55,340 nucleotides of DNA from Atractiella rhizophila (taxonomy: Eukaryota), in NCBI GenBank assembly GCA_021432655.1, contig MU271483.1, positions 1 through 55,340 on the forward strand. Direction: 5' to 3'. Below the pieces are notes generated by a model that had not been told where the DNA came from, made no database searches, and worked only from the letters and a program-made list of their open reading frames with translations. Made by a program: the position numbers and the translations under genes. Numbering within the stretch: the stretch's first letter is position 1; each line of letters starts with the position of its first letter. Positions 25,285 through 37,803 of this stretch are shown here, piece after piece.

Positions 25285-28200
25285 CTACATAGTTTCGCCG
25301 TCTGCGACGAAAGGACGGTCGAGGCTGGCAAGACTGGTGTCACACAAAACACAGCTGGCAGCAATGAGGTCGTCTAGCTCCATACGGAGCTTTTCTATCA
25401 CCTCAATGCTTCCTCTCCGGCCTATGCCCTCTTTCTCATCTTCGCGCCGACGTGTCCCTGTGAGCAAGTCACCAGTAATAATTCCAACCAGTGCGTCCGG
25501 CACCACCAATCGCCGAAGTTCGTCTAGACCTCGTACTCCAACTGCTGCGAATTGCTTTGGGAGGTTCGCTGCCATTCCGGGATTTGGAGCAAAAGCCGGC
25601 GTGATTGCAGCAGGAGCACGTTGTGATGACGGCGCGGGAGGTTCTGTTTCAAGAGCTATTCGGTTCTGAAGATCGATTATACGTCTCAATATTGAAGGAG
25701 AGAGATGTTGAGTGACCTATCCGTCGAACTGTCAATGCGAACGCATCCAAAAGAACGAAAACGCACCTCTTCGACAAGACAGTCGGCGTGAAAGCCATGC
25801 TGACATGGGAAAACGTAGAACTGTCTCGTCAGTAGCCCCTTGCCGCAACTCGAGCATTTCTCTCCTTCGTCAAGCACCACAAACCGAGTGCGTAAGTCCG
25901 CGATGTCAGCCTTAATCGCCTCTGCACTTCGAGTTGCATCGTTCATCTCCTCCTTGAGTCGGTCTATCCGACCAGCGTACCCTTCGAGAGCATTGCAAAT
26001 GTCGTCTTTGAACTCGTCAATGACAACGAAGTCGGGGAAGAAGGGAAGAATGTCTTCAATCTTCAGAAGATCTGTGGACTCGAGGAATTTCATTGCCCTA
26101 TGAAGTCGCGTCAGTCTCAGCAATATTTCTAGGGAGAGAGACACACATCTTGATATCTTGTTTCTCAACAACGACATATCTGGCAACTTTCAGCCAAAGT
26201 CTCTTCCGCAACCCCTCTTGGGCACCATCTACGCCTTCCTCTGACGCTTTGTCCGCATTAGTAATCGCGAGTTCCACATCTCCTTTCTCCAGCGCAAGGT
26301 CAACGCTACTCTCCCACAGCCCCATCTTTGCGTAGATGTCCACGCAGCTCTGTATCCTATTGTTCGCCTTGCATGTCCTCAACGCATAATCAAGGTCGTA
26401 ATATGGTCGTCCAGTATCGGGATCGTCAGATGACGCTGCAAGGAAACGTAGCAGTGGCGTTTCATCTTGCGAAGGGGAGGTGGCGAATAGTGTAAGGAGG
26501 GCGTTATGGACTGCTGGATCGGTGTTGTGAAGTTGAAGGATTGAAAACATTAGATAGCGGATTACCTGTTCTTGTCGATCGGTCGTACCGGCATGACGAG
26601 AGGGTTGAACGAGCGCGGGGAGGAGGCGCCGGACGTCGAGGTTGGGGTGCCGTTGGAGGATATCAACGGTTTGTTTTGGCGCGGCACGGATGAGAGCGGG
26701 TGAAAAGCGATAAAAGAGTTCGTCATCGTCCTATGCTAACACGATCAGATGTCATAGGAGTCAAGGACAAGACGAACTTGGCGATTGAGAGTATCGAGGG
26801 CTTTAGTCCAATTCTGTTTGCGCACCCAATATGTGATTATCCGTTCCCAATCTCCTACAAGTGTAGCAAAATGAAGCAGAATGTCGTCCCGCCCATGGTT
26901 GGTAATCAAATCGAAAGTCGTACGAACGTCAAGATTATCCTATGCCTCCCTTAGCACATCTCCCATAATGAAACAAACTGAATTTTTGGATGGGCATACC
27001 TTATAGGTATCCAAGAATTGTTTCATGTCTTCCTCCATCACTGCCTTCTCCGCATGAAAATTTTCAGCATCTTCACTTGAACTCTCAGACGCTGCGAAAT
27101 CTTCCAGTTGATTTATCTTGGCGAGATACATTTCCACCAACCAGGTCGCGAGCATTATGCGCTGTGTTCTTGCCTGCATCGTAAAGTTGGTTAGGCGCAA
27201 ATAACGGTTAGGTCGAACCCAGGCTGACCTTCTTGCTCAATCTCTCGAGCTTACTCATCAGATAGTATCGCAGTGCATCCCTTTCATCCTTCTCTACCAA
27301 TTTGAGTACCACCTCCTCGAAAGGTTTTGACGACTTCGCATAAGCTTGAGCCGCAGGAATGTATTTAGCGGCGTTAAAGAAGGAGTCTCCTTGGCTCGTC
27401 AAAACAGCATCACGCTGTTGCGTAGACTGTTTCCTTCTATTTAGCCATGTCTCCTGCACATGGAATAGGGCATTGGAAGGGGTGGACGAACCTTAGCGTA
27501 CTTCAAGGCGGTATCAAAATTTCCTTTCTCAAGAAGAATTTTCCACACGTTCCGATCCTCGTTAACGATCTTGAGTTCGAAGATGCTATCCGAAGTGTAC
27601 ACCCAATACAATCGTTTAGTATGATCAGCAGTAATGCCTAATGGAGATTCATTTCCTTTCTACCCAATTTCGCCCAGTTTCATCAAGTTGCTCTTCGAGT
27701 CAAACAAAGGCTTACAAGATCAAGTTCTTTCTCCCACACCACCTTGTTATCCAGATTGTTTACAGCCACCACTTTGTCTTCATATAACAGGACAAAGTGG
27801 AACTCTGTCAAAGCCAAGCCGATCGGATTCCGTGGCAAGACTCGCCCTTGACTGGTCATGCGCGCTGGACCCGTAGATGGGTAAGGAACTAGTTGACCAG
27901 AGTCAACGATTCCATCCCCTGCCACCGGAGCAGAAGATGGGTATCCCAGTGTTCCGTAGTATACTCCCGGCTCAACTAGCCAAGCCATGCTTTTCGGGGG
28001 GGCCAACATGGAATCGCCGCGTTTCGACAGAGCTGGTGGAGAAAAGAAGTGAAGGGAAGAACTGACGTCGCCGGGAAGTTCAAGGGATTCTGTACGACAA
28101 CCCACAAAAGATCAGCGACGGGTTGCGGACATGGAATGAGGCAGGATTTATGGATACGAGGAGGCGCACTTGGAGACACGTTTTCGAACTTGGCAAAGAA

Positions 28201-29277
28201 GCCATCCCATCCTAATTCCTCTTTGCTGGAAGCCGTGAGCACTCCGACGAACTGATACATCCTGCTCCGGGTGCAACACAGGACTGCAGCTTTCCTTCCA
28301 CTTCCGCTGCCTGCACCAGTTCCACTGAGCGAAACTAAGCTTTCTCGTCCTCCCCAGCTCTCCCACCGCAATCCCACAACACTCTGTCTCTCATTCGCTG
28401 GCAAGCTAAAGAGAAGTTTATGATATTTATCGATGGCTCTCCCTTGCTGTCCCGGAAGGGAGGGGAAGGCAAACCCGCCTTCTTGTGGCACATATTCAGA
28501 GTCTATAAAAGTGGACTCGAATATCTGTCCTGTGGTCGTACCAAGGAGAATTGAGTAGGTGGAGGGATTTGCGGAAGATGGCGCAACGAGAGGATTCCAC
28601 CCGACAGAGGAAATGACCAGACCGCGCGATTTCGAAAGTGGCTTCATCTTCCTGGTCGAGGCACCGGCAGAAGATACATTGTACCCCAGTGGTGTGTACA
28701 AATAGAAGTTATCCCCCAAAGTTGTGGAAATAAGCACATGTCGACCAGAAGGGTCAACGTGCATCTTGTACAGCTTTGAAACGTTCTTGTCCTCGCCATC
28801 TCGAGGTTGAATAATGGACTGACGGCGTGGATTCGGCGAGCGTGGTGGTGACCCATATATTCCTGACGGGGGAGGAAGGGGAATGTCGATATTCTCGACT
28901 CCGGATGCGGAAAGGTCGATGCGGATTAAAGTGGGTGGTTTTGGAGAGGGAGAAGGCGAGCCGAGCGTGAGTAGGTAGAGGATGTTGGATTGGCATTGGA
29001 GAGCGAAGAGGGGACTGGGAAGCGAGAACTGCACGTTTCTCCATCCTTCTTTCAATCATTACCGAGGGGCACAATGTTAAGGACATACCCCAACGAGAAT
29101 ATGGGTTCTACCTGCGGTTCTGTAGGACGCAGCTCGTACTGACATGACCCTACAAGTTGGCCCATGGCACAGCAAGAAAGAAAGGCGCACCTGTGCATTC
29201 CTCCCTCCATCTATCAACTTATCAAAGCCAACATTAGGCAAAGCCTGAGCACTACCACGTCCTACGTACTGGTCCAT
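25285..29277 (-). CDS. VPS18: HOPS/CORVET subunit Vps18/Pep3 (beta-propeller, clathrin repeat, RING-H2); start may be 29316
   Basis: MHVDPSGRHVLIST; LALTEFHFVLLY; MLATWLVEMYLAKINQLED; YYDLDYALRTC; LLKIEDILPFFPDFVVIDEFK; C-x2-C...FPCQHGFHADCL...CVLC. Confidence 0.96.
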
Positions 29278-29314
29278 TTGATCACTGACCTGCCTTGTAG
29301 AGCGGCCCCTTAGC

Positions 29315-31191
29315 ATGCCAGCTCCTCCAAAGAAGGAATGTTCAGGTAAGTTCTATGCCCCTAACGTACTCGACCACCAAGTCATGACAGGGGAACCTGT
29401 AGATTTCGAGTCAGTTCCCGCATCTCCTCCTCCAACTGCCGACTATTACATCTTAGCAGAGAAGCGCATTTATTCCATCTCAAAAAAAATAAAAGCGGCG
29501 GGCGAGCATTGGGTTCGAACGGGACTGCTATCGCATCTGGATCAGTCGCTGGGCTCTCCAGCGTTGGGTGGGGGAAGTTGGAGTAAACATACCTTGAAGG
29601 CATGCTATACTGGTGGTACGTCCCAGCACGAGAGGTGGATCCGAAACGAGATTGTGAAGAGGAAGGCGGAGGGTACTTGGACCGCTGAAGAGAGGGAGAG
29701 GAAACGGAAGAAGTGGAGCCTGGATTGGGAAGATGTGGTACCCGACAGCGATGGAGAGGTGGGGGACAATATATCCCTCACGCTTACTGCGAAGGAGAAG
29801 ACAGTCAATCCAGGGACGATTGTTACCGTCGCGGCTACTGCACCTCATGCTCAGGAGGAGCAAGAGCTTGCCCCAGCATCTTCAGATGACGATATCCCTC
29901 TCAACGAGAATGAACTCGTACGTCAACGCCGTCAAAAATCAAAGCGTCTTGCAGAGGCTCCGTCCTCTTCCCTCACTCCGATCTTCTCTTCACCCATCAA
30001 ACTTGTCCCTCCAACAGTAACGACAGCCACTCCGCTGCTGCTCGCATCCCTGTCTACATCTCCGACACGACGCTCTAACCCCAAACCGTCGCACCGTGCT
30101 AGCAACAACCAATCATCGCCTCTCTTCACCGTCCAAGAGGCAGATGAACACTCTCGCAGCCCAACCGCCTCTCCTATCCTCTCTACGCTCAAGGAAAAGG
30201 AAAAGAGCAAACTCGATCTCGACCATTCGCAGTCTATGTTTCGTACCCAAAGCGGAACGGAGTTGGAGATTGGCATGCTATCAGATAGGACGAGTACGAC
30301 GCCTAACAAAAATAAGGGGAGAGTCGTCGGTGCTGGTAGACTAGCTCAATCCTCCTCCGCTCTAGAACGGGAAAAGGTATGTTGTTTCTCTGTACTAGTG
30401 TCATGTTTAAATAATGATGGCTAAACGAGTAATAGGAATGGACTGGCCGAGACTTGGGAGCCTCCCCATCACTCGAGACGGTCCCTTTCTCCTCCGCTCG
30501 TGAAAGTCAACCATCAACTACTCCCACTTTCATCCCGCGTCTCCATCCCCGACCTCAAAATCCAGCTGGTGAAGGAGACGAAACAGCGCCATCGTTACCC
30601 TCCGGCTTGCTAAAGGAGGACGAAGAGGAGGGCGAGGGTATCACCCCAACTCGCCCAGCACCTGCGACTATTTCTTCAGATGAGGCGAAAGAGGAGGATA
30701 AAACCCTACTGGAAGACGATGAGCTCAAAACGCCACTGGAAGAGGACGAGCTCAAAACACCTCTCAATGCCGGGGAAGATGAGCTGTACTCTCCTCCGTC
30801 CCCCAAGCGTTTCCTCTCCTCTGCAGCATCTTCCCTCGCCTCCTTATCTTCCCCAAGAGGTCACCCCATACTCCCTCATCTCCTGCCTTTAAATGAACAG
30901 CAAAGCCTCAGTAAATCTTCCTTTCGCAAGATCCTGGCCAGTCAAGGGAAAAAGCCAGATTCTTCCGTGGAGACGAACGCGCTGGCAAAAGGGGAGAACG
31001 CTTCAGGTCATCAAGATGGTGGGAGTGTGAGACATGGTGATGAGCGTGCATATGTCAAGGACAGTCAGGAAAGCCAACTCCCAGATCTCAGCGGTGTGAG
31101 GGATGCCGGTGACAGTTATTCACAGTTTATGAGTCAGATGCAAATGGGAGAAGAGATTGAAGGATTTTTGAATGGTGAAGTTGGTCTCTGA
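29315..31191 (+). CDS. Hypothetical protein (~600 aa): short ordered N-terminal region, long Ser/Pro/Glu-rich disordered region; 2 exons
   Basis: 369-aa and 245-aa ORFs are joined in frame by a GTATGT...AATAG intron (~30377-30435). No family recognised. Confidence 0.75.
30700..30786 (+). repeat. Coding tandem repeat, 27-bp unit (KTLLEDDEL/KTPLEEDEL/KTPL...EDEL)
   Basis: aaaaccctactggaagacgatgagctc aaaacgccactggaagaggacgagctc aaaacacctctc...gatgagctg. Confidence 0.8.
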
Positions 31192-31356
31192 TTCTCTATT
31201 GAGAGCATTGTAAAGGAGAAAAAAGTGCTGAACTTTTAGCTGTCCATCCTGTGTAGTTGTATGACGATATTTGCATTAGCAGAAGTATCTTATCAAATCA
31301 GCCCAAACAAACTCTTTATCCAAATGGTTCCAATTTTAAGCTTGAAGGACAACGTT

Positions 31357-32061
31357 TTAATGCTCCTGTCCAGCACAAAACTCGGAATAGGCTTTCTCAT
31401 CCATGAGCTCGTCTGTCTCGCCCACCTCCGAAAGTTTGACTTTGATCAGCCAACCTATCAGGTTGCGTCCAAGAGTCAGCTCACTTCCTGGAACAGAAAA
31501 GTAGGAGAAAGAACGCACCGTCTGCTTCTGGTGACTTATTTAACACGCTCGTCTTCTCCGAGAGGACAGAGTTGACCTCTTCTATCGTTCCACTGACGGG
31601 GACATAGACGTCAGAAGCCGCTTTCACGCTCTCAACTGTGCCGATGAAATCTTTTGGCGGTTCAGTACGGCGTCAGAAAGGAGCATAGACACGGAGCAAT
31701 ATACGAACCTCCTTGCTTGACCTCGGTTCCCTTCTCTGGCAATTCGATATAAACCACATCCCCCAGCGAATTCTGCGCATACGTAGTGATGCCGACCGTC
31801 CCAATCTTCGACTCTGTGTCGAATGAGATCCATTCATGTTCCTTGGAAAATTTCTTCACTAAAAGTTTAAGGTACGAGGCGCACGATCAACGTGAAGAAA
31901 ATAAAACAGATTTAAAGCGCACCAATTTCAAACTGATGGGGTGTGGTGCGGAATGCCCTAATTCCTCTGCCTGCGGCCGGAAAGTAAGGAGAGGACACCC
32001 TCGTAGAAGGACAGATGCGGCGTGCGCTGGAAAGAGGACGAAAAAGCACGCGAGTCGACAT
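31357..32061 (-). CDS. GCV3: Glycine cleavage system H protein, mitochondrial
   Basis: Arg/Ser-rich presequence; [32 protein letters not shown]; lipoyl-lysine motif [19 protein letters not shown]. Confidence 0.95.
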
Positions 32062-32670
32062 GTTGAGTTTTCGTCGTTTTCAGAGGGTGGTTGATCAGCC
32101 TCTGGTTTCAAATGACTACCCGTGACTACATTAAACCATGTGACAAAGATACGTGATCGTTCTAGGCGCCATTTGCAATGCTCCAGGTGCAGGCAAAATC
32201 TGACTAGTAGCTGCAAAGCTTGTTTAGGTGATGCGAGAAGTAAATGTAACCTGTAAGTTTGGAGGCTGAATGTTGATCCAGTATACTGGTTTAGTAAAAG
32301 TATATAAGATAAGGTTTAGACAGCAAGTTGGTACCAGCTTACCGGTGTTCATAGGAAGCATTCCTTGCCCTTATTGCCCACCATTAATGCTTATTTCAGA
32401 AGTGGGTCTAATTTTTCCGTCTGAACCCACAGCGTGAATGGGAGAATGCAATCCAATCATGAAGAGTTATGACGTTAGCAATGGCGGGATGGCAGGCGGG
32501 AGGGAATGTTCACCAGTGTCTCACTCAGGTGCAGGGTCTTACCGCCATAAAACCACCATCACAGTTTCTCTTTTTCTCCAGACTTCCGCTCAGTAAATAT
32601 CTCTCACTGATACTTACAACGTTCACCGCTCAGTTCTACACTGTGAAGTGAATTGAGAAGGATTCGAAAC

Positions 32671-33315
32671 ATGCTCCCACCCATCTGCTACTTTTGCAAG
32701 TGGGTGCCTTGCAGCGAGGACTGTCTTCCGGTTCGTTTCTCTATCCAAACTCCCGAATACCAAACTGACCACTGGGCCAGAGACTTTGTTATCAAAGAAG
32801 GCGGTTCCAGCAGTTGGTGGAGAGGAAGAAGTCCGGCAAGGACCAACCACCTCTTCTGGGTACCACAGTGCGTTCCATCCCCTCTCCTGCTCTAATATTT
32901 AACGCTGACTCGCTCCTAGTTCGCTCCGCACAACACACGCCCACAGCTACGGCGCCGTGGCGAGTATCGTAAACTGTCGACTGCCGCCGAAGGGGTTCCC
33001 AGGATGGATGGATCCTTGGCTCTGTCCCCTACCTCTACAGACGCCTCTTCGTCCTCCGGTATGAGTCGAAAGTCTACCATTACGATCAAAGACGACGATG
33101 AAGGCACGGCCCATTTGAAAGAGGAGATGGCGGCTTGGAGGAAATCGTTTCATGAGACGAAACACGAACGGTGGTCCATGCAGCAATGGTACGAGATGAA
33201 AGAAAAAGTGGAGGAGATGCAGGAAAGGACGAGGAGACGGGAGTTCGAAAAGAGTTCGAAAAGGAAGAACTTTTTGAGCAGGTTGTGGGATGGAATGGCG
33301 AACAACTTGATTTGA
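32671..33315 (+). CDS. Orphan ~180-aa protein with Cys-rich N-terminus and C-terminal coiled coil (3 exons)
   Basis: Two phase-0 introns (GTTCGT..CCAG, GTGCGT..CTAG) join MLPPICYFCKWVPCSEDCLP|RLCYQRRRFQQ...LLGTT|FAPHNTRP...MDGSLALS...LWDGMANNLI* without stops. Confidence 0.65.
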
Positions 33316-33972
33316 TTCTCTGCGTTTCCACCCTCTACTTGTTCACCTGCCTGCTGTGTACTTTCGAATTTCTCCTTCCATTATCGATGCTAGTCTGGTC
33401 TGGTGATTCGATACGAGACACATCGCTCAGATTCTGAAATAATCCAATATTAGCTTTCTCTTCCACTAGTCATGCCCGGGATGTAACACAGCAAACCATC
33501 GAGCGTGACAACCTTCGAGATAATTGCCGCTTACTAGCCGCTCAAGCAGACCCGTAGCGCAATTGCTAAGCTCAATCCTCCGTTGTGAGCGGCGCCACAA
33601 CCTTTCCAGAGTGATAACATGCAGACTTTGAGAAAGAAAGTACACATTAGGAGGACCAAAAATTGAGTGGAAGCGATGTCCTTCTGCATATCGACGCTCC
33701 AGATGACGCGGTGTCCTCGATATGGACATCTCCATTTCTGAAAGTTGTGCGTTATGACGGAGGAGGCCCCTATTTAGAAATAGTTGGAAACGGACTCTCC
33801 AAAGTCTCATGTTGGTCACCACAACATGGGCATGAATCAGGTATCATTTATCACTCGTATGACTCTGCTCGAACTCATGAGAGCTAAAATAAATGGGGGC
33901 GAACCGTGATCCCAGTCCTTCCTTGCGGTTGTTGTCCACCGCCCGAACATAGCTTGAACTCACTGCGCGAAT

Positions 33973-35136
33973 CTACAATGAAAATTGGACGAATTCTGAA
34001 GGAAAGTACGAAGCACGATCAAGAGTGTGTTGCGCCTGCACCAGTTCGACCAGTACTCAGACAAACTGTAAGTGGGGGAGAATGGTTACAGACCTTCAAT
34101 TCCTCCATTCGTCCCTTGACTGTCTCCTTAACATGTGGCCAAATCTCGTCCGTCGTATTTCCCTTCACAATAATCAGCACTCCAGGTTTGCAGAGAAATA
34201 AGAGGGTGGACAAACGGTGAAAGTGAGCACCCTTTCCAGTCCACCAACCTTGCTCCCGGCATAGTGTTCCAGAAGTGTCTTATTCTCTTTATGGAAGTCT
34301 TTCAATCTCTTCCCAAAAATATTGACGTCGTCATCAGGCCGTTTTGTAAGAGACTCGCCAGTGACATCATCTCTTCCCTGGACCTTTGGAGGGTTGAATC
34401 TACTTTGCTTGTAAGTGGATGGTAGCGAGGAGAAAGCAGGCGAACGTGTGATTGTATACTCGGCCAGAAGGGGCATGAATCCATCTGTCTATTGTAATAT
34501 CAATGCATCAGAATTCATCAACGAGAGAGAAAGGGGGGGTGCGAGAAATCACCCACTTTCTATTCGGTCCAGAATGACCGAATCGGGTACAACGAGGTTC
34601 AGGATCAAGTTAAGGCCTACCCCGCGACTCTGCAGGAGAGAGTCTAGAGAACGCGCTTGGGAACCGTTTCGAGGATAACCATCTAGCACCCAATGCTGTT
34701 TGTCCAGTGCAGCATGCAGAATTAGAGCTTTATCAATGGCAAGAAAGATTAGTCACAAACCTTTCCTTCTAAGACCGAAAGCTCCTTTTCCACCAACTGG
34801 AGGATCACTTCGTCAGGCAGAAGAGCTGTTTCTCTGTATAAGTGTACGAGTAGAATGCCCCTTTCGGTCGATAGGAACGCACCGCCGCGTTTCATGAATC
34901 CCTCTGCTTGCGCTCCTAACGCCGTTTTCTGTACAATCTGAGCTCTCAATAAATCCCCTACGCCAACGGTCCGTATTGGGAAGGCAGCCTGACAGCGGGA
35001 TATGAGCGTTCCTTTCCCTGATCCCTGGCACCCGAACAAGCAAATGTACATCATGATTACTAGACCAGGTGGAAGGGGAAAGACGAACAGGTGCACCAAG
35101 GATTATCATTCGAAGTGAAGAGAAGGAAGGAGCCAT
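33973..35136 (-). CDS. Adenylate kinase family, probably mitochondrial GTP:AMP phosphotransferase (AK3/Adk2-like); 3' end approximate
   Basis: RMIILGAP|GSGKGT P-loop; GDLLRAQI; WVLDGYPR; LID region FNPPKVQGRDDVTGESLTKRPDD. Confidence 0.9.
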
Positions 35137-35946
35137 GACACTTGAGACACAATGTCAATATTGTAGGTCCAGACTCGGATAGATATATGTGCTGTGGCGC
35201 TGCAGAGAGTGTTAGAACTTGTTTAGGTGCAGCATCCATTCATTGTCTGCCTACTGTGACGTCTAGTACTATAGGTCTTGGAATTCTTCCAGCTTGTGGG
35301 ATAGTTACTAATTCTAATGTAAAAGGCTTGTAACAAGTTGTAACAAGCTAAGAACTTATCGACATCAATCGTGAACAGCTTGAACACAGAAGGTGAACCA
35401 GCTGGTTGGGGTAATAAACTCAAGGTGCATAATTCGCTCCGAACTCAATATTCGACCAGATGATTGACAAGCGAAAAGGAACTCCTGTGATAAGTAAAGC
35501 GAGAAGCAGGAGGTGTAAGTGCATACCCTATAAGTGATATCCTGAAAGCTGAAATAACGTGCATGATTATGTACTTGGGTATAACAACTAGTGATAAAAA
35601 CGACATCAAGCTGATCAAGTAAACTGTAGACCATGATAGAACAACAATACATCATGAAAGCGAGGAAACGACGACATGCAGACTTAAGTGCTAAGTTAAG
35701 TGGGAATCTTGGACAGCAACTGCAACATATGATGAATAACTGGAGAGTCCTTCGTCTCAAACGAAGACAACATTGCTGAACAAATGTTTGAGAAAGCTGG
35801 GTAGTTTTGAGAATGCAAGTCCATAGGCAACAGGGAAGGATGATGAGTGCAGTTGCATGGCTGTGAGAAAGAGCAAAGAGCCCAGTGATAACAAGATGTA
35901 GGTCCAATCAAGACTCTAGTCTATTTCCCGTCTCATCATCTTCATC

Positions 35947-37110
35947 CTATACAAAAGAAGAAAGTGACGTACTTAAAAAGTTATGTGGGGCGGCATAAAG
36001 CTCCTTCATCTCCACTTCCAGCGCCTCAAAGTACCTCACCTCCTCCGGTTGATCCCTCTTCAGATCTTCCCAACGTCTCGTGCATGCCGCTGTCTTTGCG
36101 TTTCCAGCATAAAGACCTTCCTTGAATAGAGGTATTAAGGTACAACATTTCTTGAGGAGAAGGAAGAGGTCCGAATTGACCAGAATTGGTGCCTTGTGTA
36201 GCCGAGCGAAGCGGTCCACGAGGACAGGGATATCCATTCGAAACATGAAGTAAATATTGAGAGGTCGTTTTGGTTGAGGATGCCCATGCCTATCTTCCTT
36301 CAGAAAGACGCTTAGTCGATCTTCATTCTGATTTGTGCATTGATGCACAATATCTTGAGCAAAAATGCCATTGATGAGGGCGGTTTTAGTAGGCACATCG
36401 TCAGAATCATCGATAATTGGATGTTGGATTGGCGAACGTTCGCGACGCTGCCGTTTCTTGACAGGGTAGGTTGGTCGTCGACCTCGAACCCAGGAAGCTT
36501 CTGCAGGTGCGCGGTCGAGGAGAGTATGCGCGACTGACGATTGGTACGACGGATTGACTATGGACTGTCGGGAGTAGCCTGCGCTGTAACTGCATGTTGT
36601 GGGATAATCAATAACGTTCTCTGAAAGCCAGTGGGAATACGAACCTGATGACCGGAAAATCAAAGCATTGTGGACTGGGAGGGATGGAGGGCCATCTGTC
36701 ATTTGGAGCTGGATACCTGTATCTCGACGAGAAAGATGAACATTTCATGGTACGGTTGGAGGAAGAACGGTGTTAACATACGCGTCCTTTGGGTAGTACC
36801 TTTTCCGTTCACTTGGGCTCTCTCTCCGAGGCCTAAGAAGTCGCACGTATTCAACGCTCGAATCCCGACTTTCCTCTTCTTCAGAAACAGACCTGTCATA
36901 CAGAACAACTGAGTCGTTTAAAATATGAGGTGAGACTGGAAGAACTCTAACTCCGTAAACTCCCTATAGTCGCGCTTCTTTCCTTTCAAGAAGTCGACAG
37001 CTTCTTCAAGACATGGTACAAAAACAGATGTATCACTGTTCCCAAGCGATTCCTTAGTCAGTTGTGTCCTTCGGGCAATCTACAGTAAATGCACACCTAA
37101 AAGGCCGCAT
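35947..37110 (-). CDS. HMG-box (MATA/SOX-type) DNA-binding protein, multi-exon; N-terminus uncertain
   Basis: PQPKRPLNIYFMFR...RRWEDLKRDQPEEVRYFEALEVEMKELY fits HMG helices 1 and 3. Upstream exons splice in frame (PCLEEAVDFLKGKKR...|SVSEEEESR...|YPAPNDRWP...|YSAGYSRQ). Candidate in-frame 60-nt intron at 36121-36180. Confidence 0.7.
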
Positions 37111-37803
37111 CTTGATCGTCCAATTCGTATTCGTTGAAGTGGCAGCCGCGATAGGCGTCAATAAAGGGGTAGGACTGCCAGAGGAGGGTGAGTATGTGCC
37201 AGCCTGAGTGAAGAGTAGGAAATTGTTACGGGCTGCAGTCAGATTGTGATAGTTTATCTAAATCTAAGTCTTGAACCCCCTTCGTAATCTCAGATTGCGA
37301 CTGAGAATTGACGACGTTGTGCATGGTGGGAGGCTATCGTGAAATGCTAGCCACAAGGGGGCAAGGATAAGTAGAGATGAGATTTACAAGGCGTAACCGA
37401 ACGGGGTCGATGCGTGGAGATGCCTGACTTATCAAGCAACGAATGTACATGCATGGTTGCAGCTCCCTTTGTTCTCTCACGTGGTACAGCTTGCAACAAG
37501 CCTTCCAAATCGCTGCGGATAAGGACAAAGGGATCTCACAACTGTTCAACAAAGGAGTTGCTTTGTCCATTCGAAGGGGATAAAGAACGACAAGATTTAT
37601 GGTTTCATTGGGCGACAATTCTGATCGAAGTCGCCGGATTGGGGAGGAGACAGAGCTCATCTGATCACTGTCCAGGTAAAGTGCCAGTCGTAGGGAGCAG
37701 CGGTCCGTTGCGACTGATTCAAAATGTGCAGAATTGGAGCTCAGGGCACCACACCGAATTGAATGCAAGAGGGGAAGGACAGCTTCAATTACAACCTGCC
37801 GAT

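Noticed and set aside
35640..35745. Chromodomain-like VKWESW in a plus-strand frame
   Set aside because: Too weak, interrupted by stops, and no adjacent integrase or reverse transcriptase motifs.
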